Notes under the pieces: model-generated | The model's database searches: none | The model's input: only the letters and a program-made list of their open reading frames with translations | What the model was told of the DNA's origin: nothing | Part shown: in pieces, positions 20,047 through 29,291 of the stretch | Layout: each line of letters starts with the position of its first letter | Position numbering within the stretch: position 1 is the stretch's first letter | Position numbers and translations under genes: made by a program | Source: an uncultured Spirochaetales bacterium | GTDB lineage: Bacteria > Spirochaetota > Spirochaetia > Sphaerochaetales > Sphaerochaetaceae | Reading direction: 5' to 3' | NCBI GenBank assembly: GCA_944390025.1 | Contig: CALXOK010000004.1 | Coordinates: 11,821 to 75,820 of the forward strand | DNA length: 64,000 nt

Positions 20047-20832
20047 ATGGAAATGGAAAGGAAAGGTTCTTCTTATATCATTTCAGGCCGTATGGTGAGT
20101 GCGGACAGCCTTCTTGACGAGGTCATGAGACTTGATGACGGGATGGAGGGCACTATGACGCTGTCTCAGGAGGAGTGTCAGGCTCTTGATGAGCTCTTCT
20201 CATCCTATTCACACACACCGTTTTCCGGAATGTCCTTCATGAAGGCCTCCGGAGAGCTTTTCTCATACCTTGCACAGAGCGGGGATGAGGAGCTTGCCCG
20301 TGCTGTTGCCCGGAATATGGGATGGCTCAGTGAAAAAGAGAGAAAAGACAGGCTTTCGGCTTTTGCGGACAGTTCTGCATCTTACCGGGAATACTGGATG
20401 ATTCTTGCCCGTGAGGTTCTTACTGTCCAGGGCTTTGAGGATTTCCGCTTCGGGAGCATAAAGCATGATGGATGCGGCACCTATCTTTATGACAATGAGA
20501 AGGCTGTCTGCTATATCGAAGTGTCAAGGAGCGGGGATGACGAGCGCTCTGCTGTGATCTCACTGACACTGCTTGGCAATCCGGAAGCTGTGGATGATGA
20601 GGATGGCGAGTGCCAGTTCGAGTGGTGCTGCTACTTCGATGATGAGCTTTCCGATAGAAGGGACGATGCCCTCATACTCGGCGGAAGGCTTAGGACGATT
20701 GACCCATTCGGCAGGAACAGCCTCCTGCACAGGCGCTATGATCTTGTCTATGACAGCATTGATGCCATCACGCTTGCAACTGTTGTGAGAAGCCTTACAA
20801 GAATGCTTGAATCCTTGCCTCCTAGGCGCTAG
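20047..20832 (+). CDS. Hypothetical protein
   Basis: 261-aa ORF filling the gap with host-like codon use; no motif recognised. Confidence 0.6.
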   Translation: MEMERKGSSYIISGRMVSADSLLDEVMRLDDGMEGTMTLSQEECQALDELFSSYSHTPFSGMSFMKASGELFSYLAQSGDEELARAVARNMGWLSEKERKDRLSAFADSSASYREYWMILAREVLTVQGFEDFRFGSIKHDGCGTYLYDNEKAVCYIEVSRSGDDERSAVISLTLLGNPEAVDDEDGECQFEWCCYFDDELSDRRDDALILGGRLRTIDPFGRNSLLHRRYDLVYDSIDAITLATVVRSLTRMLESLPPRR

Positions 20833-20835
20833 AAT
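20807..20835 (+). promoter_or_regulatory. Sigma70 promoter for tRNA-Gly
   Basis: TTGAAT-N17-TAGAAT ending 13 nt upstream of the tRNA. Confidence 0.7.
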
Positions 20836-20848
20836 ATCTTCAATATGT

Positions 20849-20919
20849 GCGGCTGTAGTACAATGGCAGTACCCCAGCTTCCCAAGCTGGTCACGCGGGT
20901 CCGATTCCCGTCAGCCGCT
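20849..20919 (+). tRNA. tRNA-Gly (CCC)
   Basis: Acceptor GCGGCTG/CAGCCGC, D arm GTAC/GTAC, anticodon arm CCAGC-TTCCCAA-GCTGG, T arm GCGGG-TCCGATT-CCCGT, discriminator U; CCA not encoded. Confidence 0.93.
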
Positions 20920-20964
20920 CTAACTGTCCCTGCTTAAACTTCGTATTGCAAAGGAGGTGGGGAC

Positions 20965-21267
20965 TTGATATCTCCATACATGTTCTGGAAACGTTTTGAC
21001 GAGCTCAAAAACGACACACTGAAGGAAATCTGCAGGAAAAACAACATACGTTATGACAGACTTCTTCATAACAGAAGCGACTGCAGGTTCCCCAAGGCGG
21101 AAGACCTTCTCCTGCTTGCCGAAGCCGTCGGTTCGTCTGCCGAGTATCTGCTTACAGGCAAGTACTCATACCCTGAGCGGGTCAAGAGAATCGCGGATGC
21201 GCTCGTCAATGTCTCTGAGGAGAAGCTTTCATCAGTTGAGAGCCTTATCGGGCTGGAAGAGATCTGA
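20965..21267 (+). CDS. Small XRE-type helix-turn-helix protein
   Basis: GGAGGT RBS; TLKEIC...PKAEDLLLLAEAVGSSAEYLLTG. Confidence 0.75.
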   Translation: MISPYMFWKRFDELKNDTLKEICRKNNIRYDRLLHNRSDCRFPKAEDLLLLAEAVGSSAEYLLTGKYSYPERVKRIADALVNVSEEKLSSVESLIGLEEI

Positions 21268-21320
21268 GGCTGTTTCCTTCTGCAGCGGTTTGATGTAAAT
21301 TCAATAAAGGAGGAATTACG

Positions 21321-21743
21321 ATGCTGATTGCAGTCACATATGATAACGGCTCAGTGTTCCAGCATTTCGGGCACACTGAGGAATTCAAGGTCTATACAGT
21401 TGAAGACGGGAAGGTGGTCTCATCCTCTATAGTCTCATCAGATGGCCAGGGGCATGGAGCGCTGGCGACACTGCTTTCACAAAAGGGTGTTGATGCCCTT
21501 ATCTGCGGAGGAATCGGACCGGGGGCCGTGAATGCACTTTCTCAGCTCGGAGTCAGGGTGTATGCCGGTGTCACAGGGGATGCCGACAAAGCTGTGTCTT
21601 CGCTTCTGGATGGAACGCTCCAGTACTCTGAGAGTGCGAACTGCAGCCATCATCATGAGGACGGCCACAGCTGTCATGATCATGAAGAGGGTCACAGCTG
21701 CCATCATCACGATGACGGACACAGCTGTTCCTGCCATCACTGA
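21321..21743 (+). CDS. NifB/NifX (dinitrogenase FeMo-cofactor) family protein with His/Cys-rich tail
   Basis: FQHFGH..EF, GHG, LICGGIG.GA; tail of HxxGHSCH repeats. Confidence 0.88.
   Translation: MLIAVTYDNGSVFQHFGHTEEFKVYTVEDGKVVSSSIVSSDGQGHGALATLLSQKGVDALICGGIGPGAVNALSQLGVRVYAGVTGDADKAVSSLLDGTLQYSESANCSHHHEDGHSCHDHEEGHSCHHHDDGHSCSCHH
21648..21728 (+). repeat. Three imperfect 27-bp tandem repeats encoding HHHEDGHSC / HDHEEGHSC / HHHDDGHSC
   Basis: catcatcatgaggacggccacagctgt, catgatcatgaagagggtcacagctgc, catcatcacgatgacggacacagctgt. Confidence 0.85.
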
Positions 21744-21766
21744 CAGTCTCTGTCACACCGCTTGAG

Positions 21767-21791
21767 GCCGCTCTTTTTCAGGGCGGCTTTT
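21767..21791 (+). terminator. Intrinsic terminator
   Basis: gccgctct-tttc-agggcggc followed by TTTT. Confidence 0.7.
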
Positions 21792-21810
21792 GTGTAGTAA
21801 TATTGGCCTG

Positions 21811-22557
21811 ATGCTGAAAAGACTCTGCCTGCTTTCAATGACGCTTCTTATGCTCTCAGCCTGTACGCTGGACAGCTTTGACATGCTTTTCAATCTGACT
21901 TCAGATCTGAAGAAGAACCTTGCAGTTGAATCAGGAATCATCAGTGTCGATATTTCGGACCTCATTGATTCTCTTGATGAGAGCTTTTCATCCCTGACGC
22001 CGCTGTCCCCTGATGAAAACGGTTCCTACAAAATAGGAAAGCATCATTTCAAGTTCGAAGGTCCGGGCTGCATCCTTCCGCCAGCCTCTTCAGCCTTGCT
22101 TAACAGGATTGCGGCCGTGCCTCCAGATTCAAAGGCATCCCGGAAGGTCAGGAATGCCCTCGAGGGAAAGGCTGATGAACATCTGTCCTCTCTTGCTTCA
22201 AACAGTGTGGATTTCATAAACGCTGTTCTGGATAATTTCAGCTCATTCGACAGCTATGAGGCTCTCAAGTCTTTCCATATGGAGAAGAAGGATTCCTATA
22301 CGAAGTCTGACATCCTCCGCCTGAGAATCATCATGCATGTCTTCTCATCTTCCCTTGATTATTTTGAAGACGGAAAGGTTGTCAGCATCGGGGACGTGAA
22401 GAATGTCTTCAGCGGAGAGGTCCAGCTGGAGAGCGCTTACATCGACCATATAGCAAGCAGTCTGGGACTGTGCAAGAGTGTGAGCCATGTCACAGGAGAC
22501 AGTACTCTTTATTCGGCTCTTGACAGGGTTCTTCAAATGGCTCTGGGGGTGTTATGA
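21811..22557 (+). CDS. Hypothetical lipoprotein
   Basis: MLKRLCLLSMTLLMLSAC lipobox; overlaps the next gene (ATGA). Confidence 0.7.
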   Translation: MLKRLCLLSMTLLMLSACTLDSFDMLFNLTSDLKKNLAVESGIISVDISDLIDSLDESFSSLTPLSPDENGSYKIGKHHFKFEGPGCILPPASSALLNRIAAVPPDSKASRKVRNALEGKADEHLSSLASNSVDFINAVLDNFSSFDSYEALKSFHMEKKDSYTKSDILRLRIIMHVFSSSLDYFEDGKVVSIGDVKNVFSGEVQLESAYIDHIASSLGLCKSVSHVTGDSTLYSALDRVLQMALGVL

Positions 22558-23795
22558 GAAAGGCTTTGACTCTGGCTGTGCTTTTAATCATCACGCTCCC
22601 GCTTGTCGCAGGCAGTGTGCTTCAGACATTCACGCCTCACTATCCCAGAAACCTGTCGATGGGCGGTGCCGCCGTCGCATCAAGCCGTTATGAAGAAGTC
22701 ATATTCTCCAACCCGGCTCTTGTCGGATCTGACAACAGCTATCTTGCTCTTCCGTCATTCAGCTTCACTCTTTACAACTTCAACCAGCTTGTACAGCCGG
22801 GAGGCGTGCTTGACATCTTCCTCACTCAGGGTGGAGATGAGGCTGTGAACAGAGCTCTTAACCAGCTTATAAACTCAATTGGAGCAGGAGAGAGCGATGT
22901 CGTGTCAGCACAGCTTTCCCTGGGCTTCATCTCAGGCTTCACAGGCCTGTCTGTAGACAGCGGGCTGAGGGTGCACAGTACAGGTGCAGGCGGGGAGTCA
23001 AGCACTCTTATCCTCGATGCAGATTTCGCCATCTCCCTGGCCTTCGCGCTTCCTGTCGAGATAAATGAGCATCACAGCCTTAGTTTCGGAATAAGCGCTC
23101 ATCTCATCTTCCGGGGCCTGACGCTTGCTGACATGTATTCAAGCACGCCGGGAGGTTTCACCGCAGGAAGCATCTATGATTTCTACAAACAGGATGATAC
23201 CCTGGCAGGAGTGCTCAATCAGGTGCCAGTCGCCTTCGGTTTCGCCATTCCGCTGAATCTGGGCTTCACCTATGAATGGCGCGATATAATCACGGCAGGT
23301 CTTGTCGTGAGGAACCTCAACGGACGATACCACATGCAGTCATACAGCGGGGTGAACCAGCTTTATTACATGCTCACAGGCGGCTATCTGGGAAGTGTTC
23401 CGCCCGGAAACCCTGAAAAAGGCATCAGCTTTGAAGCTGACACCGATGTGACGCTGGATCTGGGTTTTGCCGTCTCGACTCCTCAGGGTGGAGTGTGGGA
23501 CTGGATTGACATGACGCTCGCCTTTGACCTTGTCGATGTGTGGAATCTCTTTGCCAGAGACCTGAGTACAGAAGGCCTCATCTCACGGATCCGTACCGGT
23601 GTGGAAATAAGCTTCATGAAGACTTTTGACTTCCGCTTCGGAATCAACAGCGGTTATATGAGTTTCGGTTTCACCTTCGACTTCCAGGTCTTCACCATTG
23701 ACTTCCTGTATGCAACTCTGGAATACGGTGAGACTACAGGGGCCAGACCCCTGGATCTTTTCACGATTGCATTTTCCCTCGGTTTTGAGAAATGA
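22554..23795 (+). CDS. Outer-membrane beta-barrel protein (FadL/TraF/PorV-like)
   Basis: Signal peptide; PRNLSMGGAAVA...FSNPA hatch motif; amphipathic strands; C-terminal FSLGF. Confidence 0.7.
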   Translation: MRKALTLAVLLIITLPLVAGSVLQTFTPHYPRNLSMGGAAVASSRYEEVIFSNPALVGSDNSYLALPSFSFTLYNFNQLVQPGGVLDIFLTQGGDEAVNRALNQLINSIGAGESDVVSAQLSLGFISGFTGLSVDSGLRVHSTGAGGESSTLILDADFAISLAFALPVEINEHHSLSFGISAHLIFRGLTLADMYSSTPGGFTAGSIYDFYKQDDTLAGVLNQVPVAFGFAIPLNLGFTYEWRDIITAGLVVRNLNGRYHMQSYSGVNQLYYMLTGGYLGSVPPGNPEKGISFEADTDVTLDLGFAVSTPQGGVWDWIDMTLAFDLVDVWNLFARDLSTEGLISRIRTGVEISFMKTFDFRFGINSGYMSFGFTFDFQVFTIDFLYATLEYGETTGARPLDLFTIAFSLGFEK

Positions 23796-23864
23796 GTTCC
23801 ATCTTTCCGGCCTCCTGGTCCGCACAGCTGAAAAGTGTGCTAGAATTCAGGCCAAGGAGCTCTT

Positions 23865-25022
23865 ATGCAGATAGTTAAAATCAAGGGCAGTATAAAATCC
23901 TACAGCTGGGGTTCAAGAGACATACTGCCGGCAATGTTCCATTACGAGCCGGATGGAAGCGCTCAGGCGGAAGCCTGGTTCGGAATGCACCATGCGGGAC
24001 CTTCTCGCCTTGAGGACGGGCGTCTGCTTAAGGATTATCTGGAGGAGGAGCTCGGACAGCCTGTTTCGTCCATACAGCCGCTGATGCTCAAGGTCCTGGC
24101 CGTCAACACTCCGCTGAGCCTTCACGTTCATCCTGATGCCGTCCAGGCCAGAGCCGGATGGGCTTATGAGGAAGCCTTCCGCAGAAACGGGACAGGTCTG
24201 GATAAGCTGAACTACAGGGATGACAATGCGAAAAGCGAGCTTTACTATTCCATGACTCCTTCCACACTGCTTTGCGGCTTCCGCGACAGTGATGCCGTGA
24301 AGTACCATCTTTCAAGGCTCCTTCCTGCTTCATACGACAGGTATTTCGCTCACAGCCAGACTGTAAGGGGAATCGTCAAGACTCTGTTCACCATGGAAGA
24401 TGAAAGCCTGAAAATGGTTATTGATGAGTTTCTTTCATCTCTGGAGAAGGCTGATGAGGAGCTCAGGCGCAGCGGCATTTATTACACGGAGCGGGGGATA
24501 AGCGAGAAAGTCTTCTCCCTTTTCGGTTACGATGCGAGCGTGATTGCCCCCTACATCATGAATGTGGTTCATATGAGGACGGGGGAGGTTGTCTTTATCC
24601 CCAGCGGGGTTCTTCATACATATATACACGGCAGCGGAATCGAGGTGGAGAACTCTTCAGACAACGAGATCAGGATTGGCATGAGCGAGAAGCACCGCGA
24701 TATAATCGGGGCGCTCAACCTGATTAACTTTGATGCCGGTTTCCACGGCAAGATCGAGCTTGAGACTGATCCCTTCCTCCGCCGTGTGGCAAAGGCTCCT
24801 TTCTACTCTCTGGCAGTGCTGAGAAGCGGCTCTTATGATATAAGGGAGAAAGCTCCCTCCATTGCCCTGTGCACAGAAGGTCAGGCGAGGGTCGGCACTC
24901 TGGAAGACCATATCATCCTGAAGGAAGGCGAGTGCTGTTTCATACCCTCAGGTGATGAGGAGTACCATGTCAGAGTCAGCGGCTGTGTCTTTCAGGCCCT
25001 GTTCCCAGAGGAAACAGATTGA
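23865..25022 (+). CDS. manA: Mannose-6-phosphate isomerase class I (divergent)
   Basis: YSWGS, AEAWFGMH, LKVLA...PLSLHVHP, NYRDDNAKSEL, LHTY, SDNEIR. Confidence 0.78.
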   Translation: MQIVKIKGSIKSYSWGSRDILPAMFHYEPDGSAQAEAWFGMHHAGPSRLEDGRLLKDYLEEELGQPVSSIQPLMLKVLAVNTPLSLHVHPDAVQARAGWAYEEAFRRNGTGLDKLNYRDDNAKSELYYSMTPSTLLCGFRDSDAVKYHLSRLLPASYDRYFAHSQTVRGIVKTLFTMEDESLKMVIDEFLSSLEKADEELRRSGIYYTERGISEKVFSLFGYDASVIAPYIMNVVHMRTGEVVFIPSGVLHTYIHGSGIEVENSSDNEIRIGMSEKHRDIIGALNLINFDAGFHGKIELETDPFLRRVAKAPFYSLAVLRSGSYDIREKAPSIALCTEGQARVGTLEDHIILKEGECCFIPSGDEEYHVRVSGCVFQALFPEETD

Positions 25023-25612
25023 ACTACGTCGCCATAGATTTTGAGACAGCAAACCAGGATCCGTCCAGCGCCTGTGCTCTGGGCCTTGCGCGCTTTGACG
25101 ATGAAGGCCGGCTGTGTGACTCCTGGTACAGCCTCATAAGACCGCCGGTGATGTATTTCGACCCTGCATGCATGGCAGTGCATCATCTCACTCCGGCTGA
25201 CTGCCGCTGGCAGCCGCGCTTTTGTGAGCTTGCAGAGGACATCATCTCCTTCATCGGAACAGATCCGCTTGTAGCCCACAATGCTCCTTTTGATATCAGG
25301 GTGCTTTTAGCCAGTGCATCTCAGTACGCCATCACACTTCCTGAATGGGAGTACTACTGCACGCTTGCAATTTCAAGAAAACTGCTGCCCTCTTACCGCT
25401 CTCACAGCCTTTCGTATCTTGTCAGAGAATATCTGTGCAGTGAATACAATGCACATGAGGCCTCAAGTGATGCCTGGGCATGCGGCACACTCTTTTCCCG
25501 TCTGCTTTCGCAGCGGCTGTATGACAAGAAGGGACTTGACCATTATCTGAAGCTGAAGGGAATCAGCTATCCGAAGCGTCTTTCTTCATCAGCGAAGTCT
25601 TCACTGCTATGA
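25019..25612 (+). CDS. DEDDh 3'-5' exonuclease (Pol III epsilon-like)
   Basis: AIDFETAN, VAHNAPFD, HEASSDA. Confidence 0.9.
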   Translation: MNYVAIDFETANQDPSSACALGLARFDDEGRLCDSWYSLIRPPVMYFDPACMAVHHLTPADCRWQPRFCELAEDIISFIGTDPLVAHNAPFDIRVLLASASQYAITLPEWEYYCTLAISRKLLPSYRSHSLSYLVREYLCSEYNAHEASSDAWACGTLFSRLLSQRLYDKKGLDHYLKLKGISYPKRLSSSAKSSLL

Positions 25613-26471
25613 GAGGAAACAGTCCTGTCGCCCACAGGCCGAGCAGAGCGTAACCGGCCAGGGCTCCCGGGTAATAGAGAGTCTCTGGCAACATTTCTCT
25701 TACAATCATTATTGCTGCCGCCACTGCCATTGCGATGAGAACTGAGAGCACTTTCTTTAAAAGAGAGTTTTCTGTGCTGAAATTCACCTTCTTCATTTCA
25801 AGGACCGCACCGCCGTAGGCTCCCGCACTCAGGGAAAGAATCTTCATCAGGTCACTGTATGCCATCTCATCAACAAGACTCAGGCTGAGGACTGTGCACA
25901 GGATGATGGCAATCAGGGCAGAGGATGAACCCATGATGGTGGAAAAAAGGAAGCGCTTTTTTCTGTCTTCCCAGATCCTGTCAAAAAGACGGGTCATGGC
26001 AAGTGAGAACACAAGTCCGATAATCAGGCCCACAAGAACATCCACAGGCCAGTGGACGGCGAGAATGTTTCTGCTAAGTCCGATGAGGATTGCGAGGATT
26101 ATTGTGACTGCAACAATGCTTTTCTTACCGCTCTCGCGTCCCAGGGCGGGGTAGAAGGCCGCAGCCCCTGCAGTATGCCCTGACGGGAAGGAATAACCGG
26201 TCGCTGTCTCGATTCTGTCTGCGCTTAAAGATTCATGAACCATAAAAGGGCGTGGAGCCCTGACGACTGACTTGATGGCATTCGTCATGGTCTGGGCACA
26301 CAGAAGGCTTGAGAAAATGCTGAAGCCGGCGCGTTTGTCCACTGTGTAGTATATTGTGAGCAGAATAAGGATCAGAAAAGTCTCTTCACCTGCGAAAGAC
26401 AGAATGTTCGCGATGAACAGTATGGCATCAGATGAGAAATTCTGAAGGAAAATGAGAATCTGGTACTGCAT
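25563..26471 (-). CDS. PAP2 family membrane phosphatase
   Basis: K....RAPRP, SFPSGH, SRNILAVHWPVDV; ATG 26471. Confidence 0.88.
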   Translation of the reverse strand: MQYQILIFLQNFSSDAILFIANILSFAGEETFLILILLTIYYTVDKRAGFSIFSSLLCAQTMTNAIKSVVRAPRPFMVHESLSADRIETATGYSFPSGHTAGAAAFYPALGRESGKKSIVAVTIILAILIGLSRNILAVHWPVDVLVGLIIGLVFSLAMTRLFDRIWEDRKKRFLFSTIMGSSSALIAIILCTVLSLSLVDEMAYSDLMKILSLSAGAYGGAVLEMKKVNFSTENSLLKKVLSVLIAMAVAAAIMIVREMLPETLYYPGALAGYALLGLWATGLFPLIAVKTSLMKKDASDS

Positions 26472-26515
26472 TTTTCTCTTCCTCCTGTTAAATTTGGAAT
26501 AAATTGTAGCTGGAG

Positions 26516-28126
26516 ATGCAGATGCGGACAAGAGGAGCTGTCAGAGGTCTTTTTATCTTCATTCTTGAAGCTTTGGCGATGGTGCTGTGTGCCTTCGTCG
26601 CCTCGCTTGCCTTTCCTGGCCCTTTCAGTGAGGAGGGACTGTCCTTTCTTGCATTCTTCTACCTGATTCCGGTTTTCTGCATCATAGAAAAGACACATTG
26701 GAGCCATGTTCCCTTTCTCGGGCTTGTCTACGGCTTCATGTTCTACATCTTCTACAACTACTGGCTCAGCACCTTCCATCCGCTTGCGATTCTCATCGCT
26801 CCGGTTCTTGAGAGCCTGCAGTATCTTCTGCTGTTTCCAGTTCTGAAAAGCGCATCGGCTCTTTTCAGGAAACATTCATGGCTGGTTGAAGCCATCTTCT
26901 ATACGGCCTATCTGTATATCACACAGCAGGGGTTTCTCGGTTACCCCTATGGGAATATCGCATCTGCACTAACTGTCTATAAAACTCTTATCCAGATTGT
27001 TGACATCACGGGAATCTGGGGATTGTGTTTTCTGCTTTCAGCCTCACAGGCGCTTATCTCCCGCATGATACTCGACAGAAGTTTCATGAAGTACTATGTG
27101 CCGGCAATGGGAGTCGTCAGCGCATACCTGATTGTCCTGATTTACGGTGCGTTCGCCATCTGGCATTACAGCTCGCTTGAAGCTGACAGGATTGTGCGTA
27201 TCGCATCCATACAGCACAGCGCAGACTCATGGGAAGGCGGGGATGCGACTTACAGAAGGAATTTCGAGACGCTGACCCGGCTGACAGAGGATGCCCTTGA
27301 AGAGGAGCCTGACCTTGTCGCATGGTCAGAAACGGCCTTTGTCCCGTCAGTAAGCTGGAACCTTGAGTATCCAATCACGAGAAGCAGGGGAGAGCTCACC
27401 CGCGAGTTTGTCGATTTCGGGCTTTCCCTTCCTGTTCCCCTGGTCACAGGCAATCCGGAGGCTGTGATTGCTGATCCGCAGAAGCCTCACATACTCGAAG
27501 ATGGTTCCCTGAACTGGAAGAAATACAACACAGTCATCCTTTTTGCGGACGGGACGATTCAGGACACCTACCGTAAGCAGCATCTGGTGCCATTCACCGA
27601 ACATTTTCCTTATCAGGAGGAGTTCCCCTGGCTTTATGATCTTCTGCTTGCCAATGACTACAACTGGTGGGAAGAGGGCGATGAGGCGGTTGTTTTCAGC
27701 TGGGACGGTTATTCTTTCTCGACACCGATCTGCTTTGAAGACACTTTCGGATACATTTCCGCAGGTTTTGTGCGTTCTGGTGCCGATTTCCTTCTCAACA
27801 TGACAAACGATGTCTGGTCCGGCGCAGTACCGGCTGAGGTACAGCACATGCAGCTTGCGCTTTTCCGTGCCATTGAGAACCGCAGGCCTCTTTTGAGGAG
27901 CACGAACAGCGGAATCAGCACCCTCATATCAATAACGGGCGAGGTTATAGAGCCTATGGAGCCATTCACCCAGTCATGGCATGTCTATGAGGTTCCTGTT
28001 TATGAGGATGCTCCTGTGACATTCTACACTTTTGCCCCTGATTTCTTCGCCATTGTCTTCACCATCCTTTCGGCAGTCCTTTTTACCGGAGGGCTGTGGA
28101 AGAAGCTTGTCTGGAAGAGAATCTAA
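26516..28126 (+). CDS. lnt: Apolipoprotein N-acyltransferase
   Basis: N-terminal TM helices, WSETA, YRKQHLVPFTE, ICFED, TNDVW, RAIENRR. Confidence 0.92.
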   Translation: MQMRTRGAVRGLFIFILEALAMVLCAFVASLAFPGPFSEEGLSFLAFFYLIPVFCIIEKTHWSHVPFLGLVYGFMFYIFYNYWLSTFHPLAILIAPVLESLQYLLLFPVLKSASALFRKHSWLVEAIFYTAYLYITQQGFLGYPYGNIASALTVYKTLIQIVDITGIWGLCFLLSASQALISRMILDRSFMKYYVPAMGVVSAYLIVLIYGAFAIWHYSSLEADRIVRIASIQHSADSWEGGDATYRRNFETLTRLTEDALEEEPDLVAWSETAFVPSVSWNLEYPITRSRGELTREFVDFGLSLPVPLVTGNPEAVIADPQKPHILEDGSLNWKKYNTVILFADGTIQDTYRKQHLVPFTEHFPYQEEFPWLYDLLLANDYNWWEEGDEAVVFSWDGYSFSTPICFEDTFGYISAGFVRSGADFLLNMTNDVWSGAVPAEVQHMQLALFRAIENRRPLLRSTNSGISTLISITGEVIEPMEPFTQSWHVYEVPVYEDAPVTFYTFAPDFFAIVFTILSAVLFTGGLWKKLVWKRI

Positions 28127-29229
28127 CCCAGAATCAGGGCTGAGGCATACAGAAGTGCAAGAAGGGCGAAGTTCGAGATGAGGAAGATCATCATGTAGTG
28201 GCCTTTCTGCCCCTCAGTGCGTTTGAAGTAGAATTTAAGCGAAATGAGCGATGCCAGCGATGCGACAGGAGTTCCAAGCCCCCCGAGATCCGTTCCTAAA
28301 AGCACATCCTGAAACGATGAGGCGAATGGAGAAAGCACTATTGCAGCCGGCACGTTGCTGATTACCTGAGACACAAGGATTGAAGTCTCAAGCCCATGTG
28401 AGGACATCAGTGAGGAGAGAGCCCTGCTTATGGAGTCAATGCTCTGAAGGTTCGCGCTGAAGATGAAGAAGCAGACAAAAGTCAGAAGGAGTATGTAGTC
28501 AATCCTCATCAGTGTTTTCCTGTCGAAGATGATGAGATACAGCACCTCAAGGGCGAACAGCAGACGGTAATCGAGAACACGAAATACCGTGAAGAGTGCC
28601 AGAATCAGGAAGATGAGGTAAGATGTGACCTTCTTCCTGTCCAGACTCAGCTTCTCTTCTTCTGCCTTTTCCAATGTCCTGGTATCTTTCAGCATCAGTA
28701 AAAGCAGTCCTGTGGTCAGTACAAGCGAAATGACGGAGTACGGAAGGATTGCTGTGAAGAATGAGGGCGCATCCAGATTGAAGAATGAGCAGATATAAAT
28801 ATTCTGCGGATTGCCGACCGGCGTGGTCATCGAGCCCAGATTCGCCGCGATTGTCTCAAGCACGATGATTTTTATGACAAAGCCCTCATCCGCATTCTCG
28901 CGTGACATGATCATGAGCGTGAAGGGGACGAACATCAGCAATGAGACATCGTTAGTGAAAAGCATGGATGAGAAGAAGACAAGCAGCACGAGAAAAAGAG
29001 CAAGTCTTCTTCTGTTGGAGGCTCTTAGTTCCAGGGCTGTGGAAACACGTGCGAAAAGTCCTGAGTCCTTCAGCCCCTCGCTGACTCCCATAAGGCAGAA
29101 AAGCAGGGCCAGTGTCCTGAAATCTATTGCTGTGAAATAGGCAGCATAAGGTGGGTTGAAGAAGGCTGTGATGGCGGCACAGACCAGTGCGATTGAAAAG
29201 ACTATCTCATTTTTGATGAATTTCAGCAT
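28123..29229 (-). CDS. ArsB/NhaD/SLC13-type ion or citrate transporter
   Basis: FTNDVSL, AANLGSMTTPVGNPQN, SNVPAA, GGLGTPVASLASL. Confidence 0.82.
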   Translation of the reverse strand: MLKFIKNEIVFSIALVCAAITAFFNPPYAAYFTAIDFRTLALLFCLMGVSEGLKDSGLFARVSTALELRASNRRRLALFLVLLVFFSSMLFTNDVSLLMFVPFTLMIMSRENADEGFVIKIIVLETIAANLGSMTTPVGNPQNIYICSFFNLDAPSFFTAILPYSVISLVLTTGLLLLMLKDTRTLEKAEEEKLSLDRKKVTSYLIFLILALFTVFRVLDYRLLFALEVLYLIIFDRKTLMRIDYILLLTFVCFFIFSANLQSIDSISRALSSLMSSHGLETSILVSQVISNVPAAIVLSPFASSFQDVLLGTDLGGLGTPVASLASLISLKFYFKRTEGQKGHYMMIFLISNFALLALLYASALILG

Positions 29230-29291
29230 GACGGCTGATAATCGTATTGTTTTGTCTTCTTTCGTTCAAGACTTCGTGCTAGCATTCTCTC

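Noticed and set aside
20920-21300. Integrated element at tRNA-Gly
   Set aside because: Only a small XRE gene follows; no integrase, no duplicated tRNA 3' end and no composition shift were seen
21648-21728. 27-bp repeats as a mini-CRISPR
   Set aside because: They are in-frame coding repeats with no spacers and vary at synonymous or conservative positions
21321-21743. Nitrogen fixation locus
   Set aside because: NifX-like domains are common in non-diazotrophs and no nifHDK is present
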